In this document: one piece after another, positions 18,083 to 26,287 of the stretch | Position numbering within the stretch: the first letter of the stretch is position 1 | Layout of the letters: every line of letters begins with the position of its first letter | Assembly (NCBI GenBank): GCA_045593985.1 | Contig: JAZNXR010000002.1 | Coordinates: 3,790 to 67,789 of the forward strand | From: Eubacteriales bacterium | Lineage (GTDB): Bacteria; Bacillota; Clostridia; Oscillospirales; CAG-272 | DNA: 64,000 nt | Direction: 5' to 3' | Translations under genes and position numbers: made by a program | The notes under the pieces: generated by a model | Seen by the model: only the letters and a program-made list of their open reading frames with translations | Database searches by the model: none | Told to the model about the DNA's origin: nothing

Positions 18083-18133
18083 AAGCCGCCTCCATGATCA
18101 TATATTTTAATAATATTTGATGGGAGGCGGCTT
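18083..18133 (+). promoter_or_regulatory. hairpin sequestering the yabP Shine-Dalgarno
   Basis: AAGCCGCCTCC (18083-18093) is perfectly complementary to GGAGGCGGCTT (18123-18133). The second arm contains the SD and abuts the ATG at 18134. Confidence 0.6.
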
Positions 18134-18403
18134 ATGACAGGTAATGAAAAAACGGTAAACGAGCATAAAAAGCTGATATTAACGGACAGAGCAAGGCTCG
18201 AAATGACGGGCGTGCTCGACGTTACGTCCTTTGACACCGAGCATGCGCTGATAAAAACCGAAAGCGGATTGCTCGCAGTCGACGGTGAGGAGCTTCACGT
18301 AACGCTTCTTGACCTCGGCCACGGAAATATCTCCTTCGAGGGAAAAATTAACGGACTTTTCTTCTCCGATGGCGGTAAGAGCAAAGGCAGAAGATTCAAG
18401 TGA
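18134..18403 (+). CDS. yabP: sporulation protein YabP
   Basis: About 90 aa, with L.LTGV..V.SFD and L.V.G..L motifs of the YabP family. Confidence 0.85.
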   Translation: MTGNEKTVNEHKKLILTDRARLEMTGVLDVTSFDTEHALIKTESGLLAVDGEELHVTLLDLGHGNISFEGKINGLFFSDGGKSKGRRFK

Positions 18404-18861
18404 TACTTTTTGAGATTTCGAGGGAGGCGTTTCTCCCTTTTCTTGTCTTTTCGCTTCTGACGGGGATTTTCCTCGGCGCTGTCTATGACGTTTTCCGAAT
18501 AAGGCGAAAAGCGCTACGGAGGGCAAATAAAAACCGCCTCGATTTTGTGTTGACAGTCTTTGAGGATATAATATTTTGCCTTTTTGCGGCAGTATGTATC
18601 ATACTTGTCACCTATAAGCTCCATTTCGGAATTCCGAGATGGTATTCATATTTTGCCTGCGGCGGAGGCTTTCTTCTCTGGCAAAAGACCGCAGGGCGCC
18701 TGATAATGAGGCTTTCCGATAAAATAATCGGGCTGATATCAAAGGCGGCATTGCTGATAAAACGAAAAATCCTCTCTCCTTTAGGCAGAGCGGTAAAAAA
18801 ACCGATCAAGAAAATAACGGCTAAACGCCGAAAACATAAATTAAAAGGAAAGGACTGTTAA
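18400..18861 (+). CDS. yabQ: spore cortex biosynthesis protein YabQ
   Basis: Multi-TM protein, GAVYDVFRIRRK motif, overlaps the yabP stop. Confidence 0.8.
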   Translation: MILFEISREAFLPFLVFSLLTGIFLGAVYDVFRIRRKALRRANKNRLDFVLTVFEDIIFCLFAAVCIILVTYKLHFGIPRWYSYFACGGGFLLWQKTAGRLIMRLSDKIIGLISKAALLIKRKILSPLGRAVKKPIKKITAKRRKHKLKGKDC

Positions 18862-18862
18862 A

Positions 18863-19138
18863 ATGAAAAAAACCGCAAGGCTTAATTTTTTCATAAAGCT
18901 GACGATACTCGTCGTCATTTGCTTCTGCGCAGTGAATATTATTCGCTTGCGCACGGAATATAACAGTCTGCGTGCGCAGGAAGCAGAGCTTCGTGTGCAA
19001 AAGGAGCGTTATCAGGAAGAAATCGACCGTATGAAGGAAGAGCTTGCACAGCCGATAGACGAGGAATATGTGAAGCGCTACGGCCATAAATACGGATACT
19101 ATCTTCCGGACGATATTATTTTTTATAACGATAGATAA
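18863..19138 (+). CDS. divIC: septum formation initiator family protein (DivIC/FtsB)
   Basis: N-terminal TM helix plus coiled coil, about 90 aa; synteny after yabQ. Confidence 0.75.
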   Translation: MKKTARLNFFIKLTILVVICFCAVNIIRLRTEYNSLRAQEAELRVQKERYQEEIDRMKEELAQPIDEEYVKRYGHKYGYYLPDDIIFYNDR

Positions 19139-19172
19139 CTATTGATTTTAGAAGCTAAATAATGTATAATTG

Positions 19173-19216
19173 ATACTGTACCACGGAGCTTTTCCGTAGT
19201 ACAGTATTTCTTTTTT
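19173..19216 (+). terminator. rho-independent terminator
   Basis: 14-bp stem (13/14 paired) ATACTGTACCACGG/CCGTAGTACAGTAT followed by a T-run. Confidence 0.85.
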
Positions 19217-19225
19217 GAGGTTAAC

Positions 19226-20503
19226 ATGAAGAAGCTCACTGTGCATGAAAAAGCGGCATATTCCCTTACGGCGGCGATGACTGCGCTCTTTTTGGTGACG
19301 GTAATTCTGGCGTTAGCTCTTATGGGAATGCTCTCAAAAACAGAGGACGAGCTTTCACGCTATCGCACGAATACCGAAATAGAGCTTTTCGACCTCGAAA
19401 AGAAGAAAAACGAGCTGAATTTGAAGCTTTCCGAGATAAGTAACCAAATAGAGCTTGCCGAGCGAAGCAAGCTGAATCTTGAAAATAAGATACGCCAAAC
19501 CGAAACCGAGCTGAACGAGCTTAAAAATTCGATCGGAAATACCGACGAAAGATATAAAAAGCTGAACGCTCAGTTAAACGAGCTCCAGGCAGAGCTGAAA
19601 ACGAAGGAAAACGAAATTGCCGTTCTTAACAGTCAGATAGCCGAGGTAACGAAAACCTACGGTGCGGATATAAATAAGCAGTACGAGATCTTAAAGCAAA
19701 TATATGAGCTGCTTGAAAATCCGCCAATGGGAAGTGCGGCTATATCGATCTATTATGAGGATCTTGACAGAGGCTATACGCTGAAAATAAACGAAAACCT
19801 GAAATATCCCTCGGCAGGCTGCCTGAGAACCCCCTTTGCCCTTTCGGTATTGATTGCGGCATCGGACGAAATGGCGGATTATGAAAAAAAGCTTGTCGAA
19901 TATGAGGCGCTGCACGGCCCCACGGACGAGCTGCCGGGATATAAATTCAAGTATGACCTGTCAAGAATTTTCACCTATACCGAGGACAAGCTCGTCGGCG
20001 GCGCGGGAATAATCAAGGACAGCGAGTTTGGCACGGAATATACTCATAAGGAGCTTTTTGAAGCTTATTTAAGATACGGAGATACGATAGCCGAAAACGA
20101 GCTTACAAGGGTATACGGCACAGCTTTAAGAAAGAATTTCCTTGCCAATATCGGAACAACGGTAATGAAAAGCGATCCCTCACAGGCAACGGCAAGAGAT
20201 CTTGCTTTGATCATCAAGCAGGCATACTTGTTCTGTGAAAGTGACAGCTATTATGCCGAAATGATGAAGGAGTCAATGTCAAAGGGCGTTCATAACGTAA
20301 TGCTTGCGCCGGGTATTGCAGGAAGCAGCGTAATACACGGAAGCGGCTGGGACGAGGGCGCTTATCACGATATGGTCGCAGTTGACGGTGAGCATCCTTA
20401 TGTACTTGTCTTTATGTCAAATATGACAAGTAATAACGAGGTAAATTCCTATATAAATAAGCTCGCAACCCTCATCGACAGCCTGCATAAGACCTTTTAT
20501 TGA
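19226..20503 (+). CDS. membrane-anchored coiled-coil protein with C-terminal class-A beta-lactamase-like (serine hydrolase fold) domain, catalytic motifs apparently degenerate
   Basis: N-terminal TM helix, about 130 aa of heptad-rich sequence, then a domain that aligns by eye with the Beta-lactamase2 fold. Confidence 0.55.
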   Translation: MKKLTVHEKAAYSLTAAMTALFLVTVILALALMGMLSKTEDELSRYRTNTEIELFDLEKKKNELNLKLSEISNQIELAERSKLNLENKIRQTETELNELKNSIGNTDERYKKLNAQLNELQAELKTKENEIAVLNSQIAEVTKTYGADINKQYEILKQIYELLENPPMGSAAISIYYEDLDRGYTLKINENLKYPSAGCLRTPFALSVLIAASDEMADYEKKLVEYEALHGPTDELPGYKFKYDLSRIFTYTEDKLVGGAGIIKDSEFGTEYTHKELFEAYLRYGDTIAENELTRVYGTALRKNFLANIGTTVMKSDPSQATARDLALIIKQAYLFCESDSYYAEMMKESMSKGVHNVMLAPGIAGSSVIHGSGWDEGAYHDMVAVDGEHPYVLVFMSNMTSNNEVNSYINKLATLIDSLHKTFY

Positions 20504-20512
20504 TAACCGTCT

Positions 20513-21202
20513 GTGCTTGTGCGAAAATCAATGATATATTCAACCTTCGATTACGGCAACCATTATATAATAATTCTGAATAATGCCCTTATCCTCGGTT
20601 ACGGTCGTCCTATGATGTCTGTCACCTTCGACTGTAAAGACTTTGAGCATACCGAAAAGGGTATGATCCTCTACGGAAGCGAGCCGCTGGGACTTATGCG
20701 CTCATATAACGAGCTTATATTATCCGAAAAGCCCTCCTTCCTGTCAATGCACGATCAAAGGGCGGAGATAAAGCCGCTGAACGGAAGCAGAATCATAGCA
20801 ACCGAAAGCGGAAGCTCCTATGAATTCACCTGTCTGAACGGCGAGGAGCTGCTGAAAATATCGCTAAACGGCAGCTGCCGCTGCGAGGATAGCCAAATCA
20901 CCCTTCGACGTGGTGCAAGCTCGATTGACTTTTCGGTGCCGATAAGCACGCTTATTAAGCCAAACCGCCGTGGCTTTGAATATGAAGCAGAAAAATGTCT
21001 GTCACTTATAACCGATGGCGGTATAGTTACGCCGGATAGTGAGCTTTTGCCGCTACTGCTCCTTGTTGACGGACTGAAAACCGCCCGTTTCGATAACGAA
21101 CGGGCAATGAAGATAAAAAAGCTAATGCCGACAATGTCGGAGAACGGTAAGGTCGTAGCCGAGGCGGTGACCAAAATTTACTACCGAGCGTTCGGTATTT
21201 GA
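20513..21202 (+). CDS. hypothetical protein
   Basis: ORF only, no recognisable motif. Start uncertain (GTG 20513 or ATG 20531); no clear SD. Confidence 0.5.
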   Translation: MLVRKSMIYSTFDYGNHYIIILNNALILGYGRPMMSVTFDCKDFEHTEKGMILYGSEPLGLMRSYNELILSEKPSFLSMHDQRAEIKPLNGSRIIATESGSSYEFTCLNGEELLKISLNGSCRCEDSQITLRRGASSIDFSVPISTLIKPNRRGFEYEAEKCLSLITDGGIVTPDSELLPLLLLVDGLKTARFDNERAMKIKKLMPTMSENGKVVAEAVTKIYYRAFGI

Positions 21203-21216
21203 AAAGAGGTAGAACG

Positions 21217-21921
21217 ATGAAAGGTGTTTTGCTAAACACTTTAACGGTAATAGTGGGAAGCATACTCGGATGTCTGTTCAAAAAGGGACTTCCCAAAAGG
21301 GTGACCGATGCTGTCATGATCGGTCTCGGAGCGTGTACCGTCTATATAGGAATAGACGGAATGAGCGGCGGGAAAAATCCCCTTGTTTTGATTTTGTCGA
21401 TTGCGCTTGGCGCTTCCCTTGGCTCGCTTCTCAAAATCGACGACGGAATACATAAGCTCGGTGATGCCCTTGAAAAGAAATTCCGCAAAAAGGAAGGCGG
21501 CGTGTCTCTAAGTGAGGGTGCAATCAGCGGGAGCCTCGTCTTTTGTGTCGGATCAATGACGATAGTCGGCTCGATAAATGCAGGCTTTGGCGATAATACA
21601 ATGCTTTATACGAAGTCGATCCTCGACCTCGTTTCCTCTACCGTGCTTGCATCAACGCTCGGTGTCGGCGTTCTTCTCTCAGCGGTGTTCGTCTTTGTTT
21701 TTCAGGGAGGTCTGGCGTTGCTCGCCGAATACATCGGGCCGCTGATGACCGATACGCTCATAGCGGAGCTGACCTGCGTCGGCTCACTAATGGTCGTGCT
21801 TATCGGCCTTAACCTTATGAAAATAACGAAAATCAAGGTGGCAGACTTTCTCCCGGCACTTCTTTTTACGCCGTTGATCTCCTACCTTGTCGGCCTGCTT
21901 GTAAAGACGGGAGTGTTATAA
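21217..21921 (+). CDS. DUF554 family membrane protein
   Basis: MKGVLLNTLTVIVGSILG N-terminus is typical of DUF554. SD AGAGG 7 nt upstream of the ATG at 21217. Confidence 0.75.
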   Translation: MKGVLLNTLTVIVGSILGCLFKKGLPKRVTDAVMIGLGACTVYIGIDGMSGGKNPLVLILSIALGASLGSLLKIDDGIHKLGDALEKKFRKKEGGVSLSEGAISGSLVFCVGSMTIVGSINAGFGDNTMLYTKSILDLVSSTVLASTLGVGVLLSAVFVFVFQGGLALLAEYIGPLMTDTLIAELTCVGSLMVVLIGLNLMKITKIKVADFLPALLFTPLISYLVGLLVKTGVL

Positions 21922-22751
21922 TGATAGTTGAAAAGGCGTATGCAAAGGTCAACCTCTATCTTGACGTGCTGAACAAGCGTGAGGACGGATATCATAATAT
22001 TTTAAGCGTAATGAGCGAGGTCAAAAGCGATCACTTCTGCGATACCGTCAGAGTAAGACGTGCAGAGGGAAGAAGCATGACCTGCACCGATCCTACCTTG
22101 ACGGTAGGCGGTGATAACCTTTGCCTCAAGGCGGCAAATGCATTTTTCGATGCGCTCGGATCGGACGGCGGCTGCTTTATAGAGCTTGAAAAGCACCTGC
22201 CCCGTGAGGCGGGGCTCGGCGGCGGAAGCTCCGATGCGGCGGCAACACTTCGTGCGCTCAATCGCTTGTATGACGGCGCATTTACGGTCGAACAGCTTGC
22301 GGCTATCGGCGCAAAAGTCGGCGCAGACGTGCCGTTTTGCGTCGTCGGAGGGACTCAAATGTGCGAGGGAATAGGCGAAATAATGTCGCCGTTTCCTTCC
22401 TTGCCGAGCTGTCACATAGTGATAAGCGGCGGCATCGGTAAGGTGTCAACGCCCGAGGCGTACCGTGTGATCGACAATACCCCCCCAAGTGCTTGCGGCA
22501 ATATCGAATTGCTCCGCACCGCTATGGAAAACGGCGACCTTGAGGGCGTCGGAAAATATATGTATAACCGCTTTGAGGATGCACTTCCATGCTGTCAGGC
22601 GGTCAAGAATGCATTTATACAAAACGGCGCAATAGGCACGCTTTTGTCCGGCTCAGGCTCGGCGGTCTTCGGTATTTTTGATAGCGAAAACGGTGCAAAA
22701 AACGCCCAAAACGGGCTTATAAACGCCGGTTACAGCGCATTTTTGGTATAA
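21921..22751 (+). CDS. ispE: 4-(cytidine 5'-diphospho)-2-C-methyl-D-erythritol kinase
   Basis: AKVNLYL start and GHMP kinase motif GLGGGSSDAAA. Confidence 0.95.
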   Translation: MIVEKAYAKVNLYLDVLNKREDGYHNILSVMSEVKSDHFCDTVRVRRAEGRSMTCTDPTLTVGGDNLCLKAANAFFDALGSDGGCFIELEKHLPREAGLGGGSSDAAATLRALNRLYDGAFTVEQLAAIGAKVGADVPFCVVGGTQMCEGIGEIMSPFPSLPSCHIVISGGIGKVSTPEAYRVIDNTPPSACGNIELLRTAMENGDLEGVGKYMYNRFEDALPCCQAVKNAFIQNGAIGTLLSGSGSAVFGIFDSENGAKNAQNGLINAGYSAFLV

Positions 22752-22760
22752 AATTGACGT

Positions 22761-22795
22761 AAAAAAACTCCGCAAGGATTTCCTTGCGGAGTTTT
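22761..22795. terminator. bidirectional rho-independent terminator between convergent ispE and rsmG
   Basis: A-run, CTCCGCAAGGA/TCCTTGCGGAG stem, T-run. Confidence 0.85.
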
Positions 22796-23506
22796 TTATA
22801 ACGGCTTTGATGAAATTCTTGCGTAGGCGCGAGGGAACTGCGGAGGGGTGTCACGGCGTTTGTCAATGATGATAAGGCATCGCTCATCGCCCTCGCCGCC
22901 GACGAGAGTGAATTTCTTGACCTCGCGCGGCTTGCCGCCGAGAGTGCCGATGCCCGAAAGCGCTTCGGAAAGCTCCTCGTCTGCAAGTCGGCTCTTCATT
23001 GATAAGAACACGCCGCCGACCTTCAAAAACGGCAGACAAAGCTCCGAAAGAACGTTAAGGCGTGCGACCGCACGGGCGCTTACCGCAGTATAGCGCTGAC
23101 GGTAGCTTCTGTTATTCGCAAGTATTTCGGCACGTGCCGAGATCGTTTTAAGGTTAGTTATGCCGAGCTTTTCGGCGGTTGTGCGTATAAAATCGATCTT
23201 CTTGCCCGTGCTGTCAAGGGCGGTGACCGAAATATCGGGGCGAAGGATCGCAAAGGGGAAGGCGGGAAGCCCTGCGCCGCTTCCGACGTCGAGCAGATCT
23301 GCGCCTTGCGGAATGTCCTTTACGCAGACGGCGCAGTCGGCAATATGCTTGATTATCGCCTCGTCGGGATCCTTTATTGCCGTGAGATTCGTCACCTTAT
23401 TTGTTTCGAGAAGCTCGTACAGATAATCGGAGAGAAGCTTCGCTTGCGGATTGTTGACGGACACGCCGTTATCCTTTAATGCGGCCTTTATTTTTTCTGA
23501 ATACAT
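22796..23506 (-). CDS. rsmG: 16S rRNA (guanine527-N7)-methyltransferase
   Basis: LLDVGSGAGLPAFP SAM motif, GidB-like length, immediately downstream of mnmG. Confidence 0.95.
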   Translation of the reverse strand: MYSEKIKAALKDNGVSVNNPQAKLLSDYLYELLETNKVTNLTAIKDPDEAIIKHIADCAVCVKDIPQGADLLDVGSGAGLPAFPFAILRPDISVTALDSTGKKIDFIRTTAEKLGITNLKTISARAEILANNRSYRQRYTAVSARAVARLNVLSELCLPFLKVGGVFLSMKSRLADEELSEALSGIGTLGGKPREVKKFTLVGGEGDERCLIIIDKRRDTPPQFPRAYARISSKPL

Positions 23507-23552
23507 TTTGACCTCTGTGGGTGGGTTTAGTTGTGGCTATATTTTTATAATG

Positions 23553-23720
23553 CCGTTCCTGCGAGATCCCGATGCCACAAGTGGCATCGCCCTACGGGTT
23601 CGACTGCATCCCGCCGTGTCATTCTGAGTGTAGCGAAGCGGAATCGAACGGCGAAGCCGCGCGAAGTGCAACGAAGCGGAATCTCGGCGGGATTACGCTC
23701 AGGATGACACGCAGGAACGG
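23553..23720 (+). repeat. R3 element (one 96-nt head unit, core, tail) bounded by 11-bp inverted flanks
   Basis: About 98% identical to the unit at 62832-62927. Flanks CCGTTCCTGCG/CGCAGGAACGG. Fills the mnmG-rsmG spacer. Confidence 0.85.
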
Positions 23721-23722
23721 TT

Positions 23723-25591
23723 TTACTCCTTCGCCTTAAGCCATATAAGAAGCACCGAGATATCTGCGGGGCTAACGCCGCTTATGCGTGAGGCCTGACC
23801 GATGTCGGAGGGCTTGATCTTATTAAGCTTCTGACGTGCTTCAAGGCGAAGTCCGTCGATCTTCGAATAGTCGATGTCGGGCGAGAGCTTCTTTTCGGAG
23901 AGCTTTTCAAGCTTCTTCGCCTCGTTTTTCTGGCGCTCGATATAGCCCTCGTATTTGATCATTACCTCCGCCTCGTAGCGAACACGGTAGGGCAGCTGCG
24001 GTCTGGTTATGTCAAATTCGGCAAGCATATCGTAGCTGACCTGCGGTCGACGGAGCAGATCGGATAGGCGCATTCCCGTTGTCATGGGAACGGTGCCCGC
24101 CTCGGTGAGAAGCGCATTCAGCTTGTCGGACGGGGGGATCGACGTTTTGCTCAAACGTCTGATCTCCTCCCTTATCATTTCCTGCTCGGACAGATACGCT
24201 TCGTAGCGCTTATCGCTGATAAGTCCTGCGTATCTGCCGTATTCGATAAGGCGTTCTTCGGCGTTATCCTGACGGAGAAGCAGGCGATATTCCGAGCGAG
24301 AGGTCATGATCCTGTACGGCTCATTCGTGCCCTTTGTGACGAGATCGTCAATGAGCGTTCCGATATATGAGCTGTCACGCGAGAGGATTATCTGCTCTCT
24401 GCCCTGGAGGGAGAGGGCGGCGTTGATGCCGGCGATAAGTCCTTGCGCCGCGGCTTCCTCGTAGCCCGAGGTGCCGTTGAACTGACCTGCGCCGTAGAGC
24501 CCGTTTATGCTCTTGAATTCGAGTGTCGGGTAAAGCTCTGTCGGATCGCAGCAGTCGTACTCAATAGCGTAGGCATTGCGCATCACCTGCGCATTTTCGA
24601 AGCCTATTATTGAATGAAGCATATCCTCCTGAACGTCCTCGGGAAGTGAGGACGAGAAGCCCTGAAGGTACATCTCGTCGGTATCTGCGCCCGTCGGCTC
24701 AAGGAAGAGCTGATGCCGTTCCTTATCGGAAAAACGCACGACCTTATCCTCGATGCTCGGGCAATAGCGTGGGCCGACACCCTCGATCACGCCTGAATAG
24801 AGGGGCGATCGGTGGAGGTTTGAACGTATTATTTCATGTGTTTTGCCATTTGTATAGGCGGTATGACAGGGAATTTGCGTGATGCCGTTCAGCGCTTCGG
24901 GATCGGTATCACGTGAATACGGCGTTATATATTCTTCACCGTCCTGGCGTTCGAGAATATCAAGATTGACCGAACGGCGGTGTATTCTTGCGGGAGTGCC
25001 TGTTTTGAAGCGGCGAAGGGAAATTCCAAGCTCACGGAGATTATCCGAGAGTCCCTTTGACGGAAGCATTCCGTCGGGGCCTGACGAAAAGGCATTTTCA
25101 CCGACAACTATACGGCTGTCAAGATAGGTTCCGCTTGCGATAATGACGGCGTCACATTCCCATTCTGTGCCGAGTGCGGTGACAACACCTGTGACCTTGC
25201 CGTCCGAAACGAGAATTTTTACGATCTCTGCTTGGACAAGGCGCAGATTCTCTGTATTTTCGATAACGCCTTTCATCACCGAACGGTATTTCAAGCGGTC
25301 TGCCTGTATTCTTTTTGAACGTACGGCAGGGCCTTTGCCTGTGTTGAGCGTTCGGCTTTGAAGGGTTACCTTATCGGCACTTCTGCCCATTTCACCGCCG
25401 AGAGCATCTATTTCAAAGACAAGGTGGCCTTTGCCTGTGCCGCCGATCGAGGGGTTGCAGGGCATATTGCCGATGGCATCGAGGTTCATCGTGAAAAGAA
25501 CCGTGTCAATGCCCATTCGTGCCGAAGCGAGCGCTGCTTCAATGCCCGCATGACCTGCGCCGATGACGGAGATTTTCGTGGTTTTTATCAT
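23723..25591 (-). CDS. mnmG: tRNA uridine 5-carboxymethylaminomethyl modification enzyme
   Basis: [15 protein letters not shown] motif and full GidA-like length. Start moved to MIKTTK; the track's 33-aa extension is a translation of the R2 repeat. Confidence 0.95.
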   Translation of the reverse strand: MIKTTKISVIGAGHAGIEAALASARMGIDTVLFTMNLDAIGNMPCNPSIGGTGKGHLVFEIDALGGEMGRSADKVTLQSRTLNTGKGPAVRSKRIQADRLKYRSVMKGVIENTENLRLVQAEIVKILVSDGKVTGVVTALGTEWECDAVIIASGTYLDSRIVVGENAFSSGPDGMLPSKGLSDNLRELGISLRRFKTGTPARIHRRSVNLDILERQDGEEYITPYSRDTDPEALNGITQIPCHTAYTNGKTHEIIRSNLHRSPLYSGVIEGVGPRYCPSIEDKVVRFSDKERHQLFLEPTGADTDEMYLQGFSSSLPEDVQEDMLHSIIGFENAQVMRNAYAIEYDCCDPTELYPTLEFKSINGLYGAGQFNGTSGYEEAAAQGLIAGINAALSLQGREQIILSRDSSYIGTLIDDLVTKGTNEPYRIMTSRSEYRLLLRQDNAEERLIEYGRYAGLISDKRYEAYLSEQEMIREEIRRLSKTSIPPSDKLNALLTEAGTVPMTTGMRLSDLLRRPQVSYDMLAEFDITRPQLPYRVRYEAEVMIKYEGYIERQKNEAKKLEKLSEKKLSPDIDYSKIDGLRLEARQKLNKIKPSDIGQASRISGVSPADISVLLIWLKAKE

Positions 25592-25614
25592 CGTATTTTC
25601 CGTAAAAGTGTTAT

Positions 25615-25724
25615 TTGCCTCGCCCTTTGGGAGAGGTGTCGGTCGAAGACCGACGGAGAGGGTAAAAATATCTTTGAGATCCCCTCTCACCGCCTAAAGG
25701 CGGAGCTCCCCCGGAGGGGGAGCC
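25615..25724 (+). repeat. R2 long element (five consecutive hairpins)
   Basis: TTGCCTCGCCC-TTTG-GGAGAGG, TCGGTC-GAA-GACCGA, GAGAGGG..CCCTCTC, CGCC-TAAA-GGCG, GCTCCCC-CGGA-GGGGAGC. Paralogous copy at 28319-28417. Confidence 0.85.
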
Positions 25725-25735
25725 TTATGGACATA

Positions 25736-26287
25736 TTATCTTTTCTCAACAAGGAAGAAAAACGGTGACGTCGGAGAATTGACTATACGCAGCTGCGAAA
25801 CACAGATCTTACGCCTGTCGAGGGTGGAAAAATACTCGGTGAGCATATTGCCCTCAAGCGTTCCTTCCTCGTGACCGGGGTAGACTGCGATAAGAAGTCC
25901 GCCGTCATCCTCAAGAAGGCGCAAGGCGGCTTCAACTGCTTGCATTGTTGACTCACGCAGGGTGGTTACCGTCTTATCCGAGCCGGGCAGGTAGCCGAGG
26001 TTGAACATTCCTGCGCAGATAGGCTCCTTTACGTATTTTTCTACGTTTGCGTGCGAATCGAGGATCAAGGTGTAATTCTTCGGGCAACCGCTTTCCGAAA
26101 GGAGTCTTTCGGAGCTTGCAAGAGCCGCCTCCTGTATATCGAAAGCGTAAACCTTGCCGTTTTCCCCAACCTTTTCAGATAGCCAGAGGGTATCGTGACC
26201 GTTGCCCATCGTAAAATCGACAACCGTGCCGCCTTCTCTTATATGGCCTTCTATAAACTGTTTTTCTACTGTTAATAAATCTATCAT
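25736..26287 (-). CDS. mnmM: class I SAM-dependent methyltransferase of the YtqB family (tRNA mnm5s2U34 methyltransferase MnmM-like)
   Basis: TMGNGHDT..GENGKVYAFDIQ matches the B. subtilis YtqB pattern from memory. The ATG at 26287 gives an ATGA overlap with pgsA. Confidence 0.7.
   Translation of the reverse strand: MIDLLTVEKQFIEGHIREGGTVVDFTMGNGHDTLWLSEKVGENGKVYAFDIQEAALASSERLLSESGCPKNYTLILDSHANVEKYVKEPICAGMFNLGYLPGSDKTVTTLRESTMQAVEAALRLLEDDGGLLIAVYPGHEEGTLEGNMLTEYFSTLDRRKICVSQLRIVNSPTSPFFFLVEKR

Noticed and set aside
23563-23640. tRNA-derived origin of R3 (GGGTTCGACT resembles a T-loop; the GATGCCAC-AA-GTGGCATC hairpin lies upstream)
   Set aside because: The T-stem 3' strand is interrupted by 4 nt, the hairpin loop is not 7 nt, and no acceptor-stem complementarity exists. 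The resemblance is too weak to claim.
25592-25690. N-terminal extensions in the ORF track for mnmG. The same applies to rimO (28216-28425), the phosphatase (36638-36751), the AI-2E transporter (33709-33876) and GH32 (42254-42310)
   Set aside because: For mnmG, rimO and the phosphatase, the extension is a translation of R2/R2b repeat copies. In all five cases an internal ATG matches the family N-terminus, and the ones I checked (phosphatase, AI-2E, GH32) have a good SD at the correct spacing.
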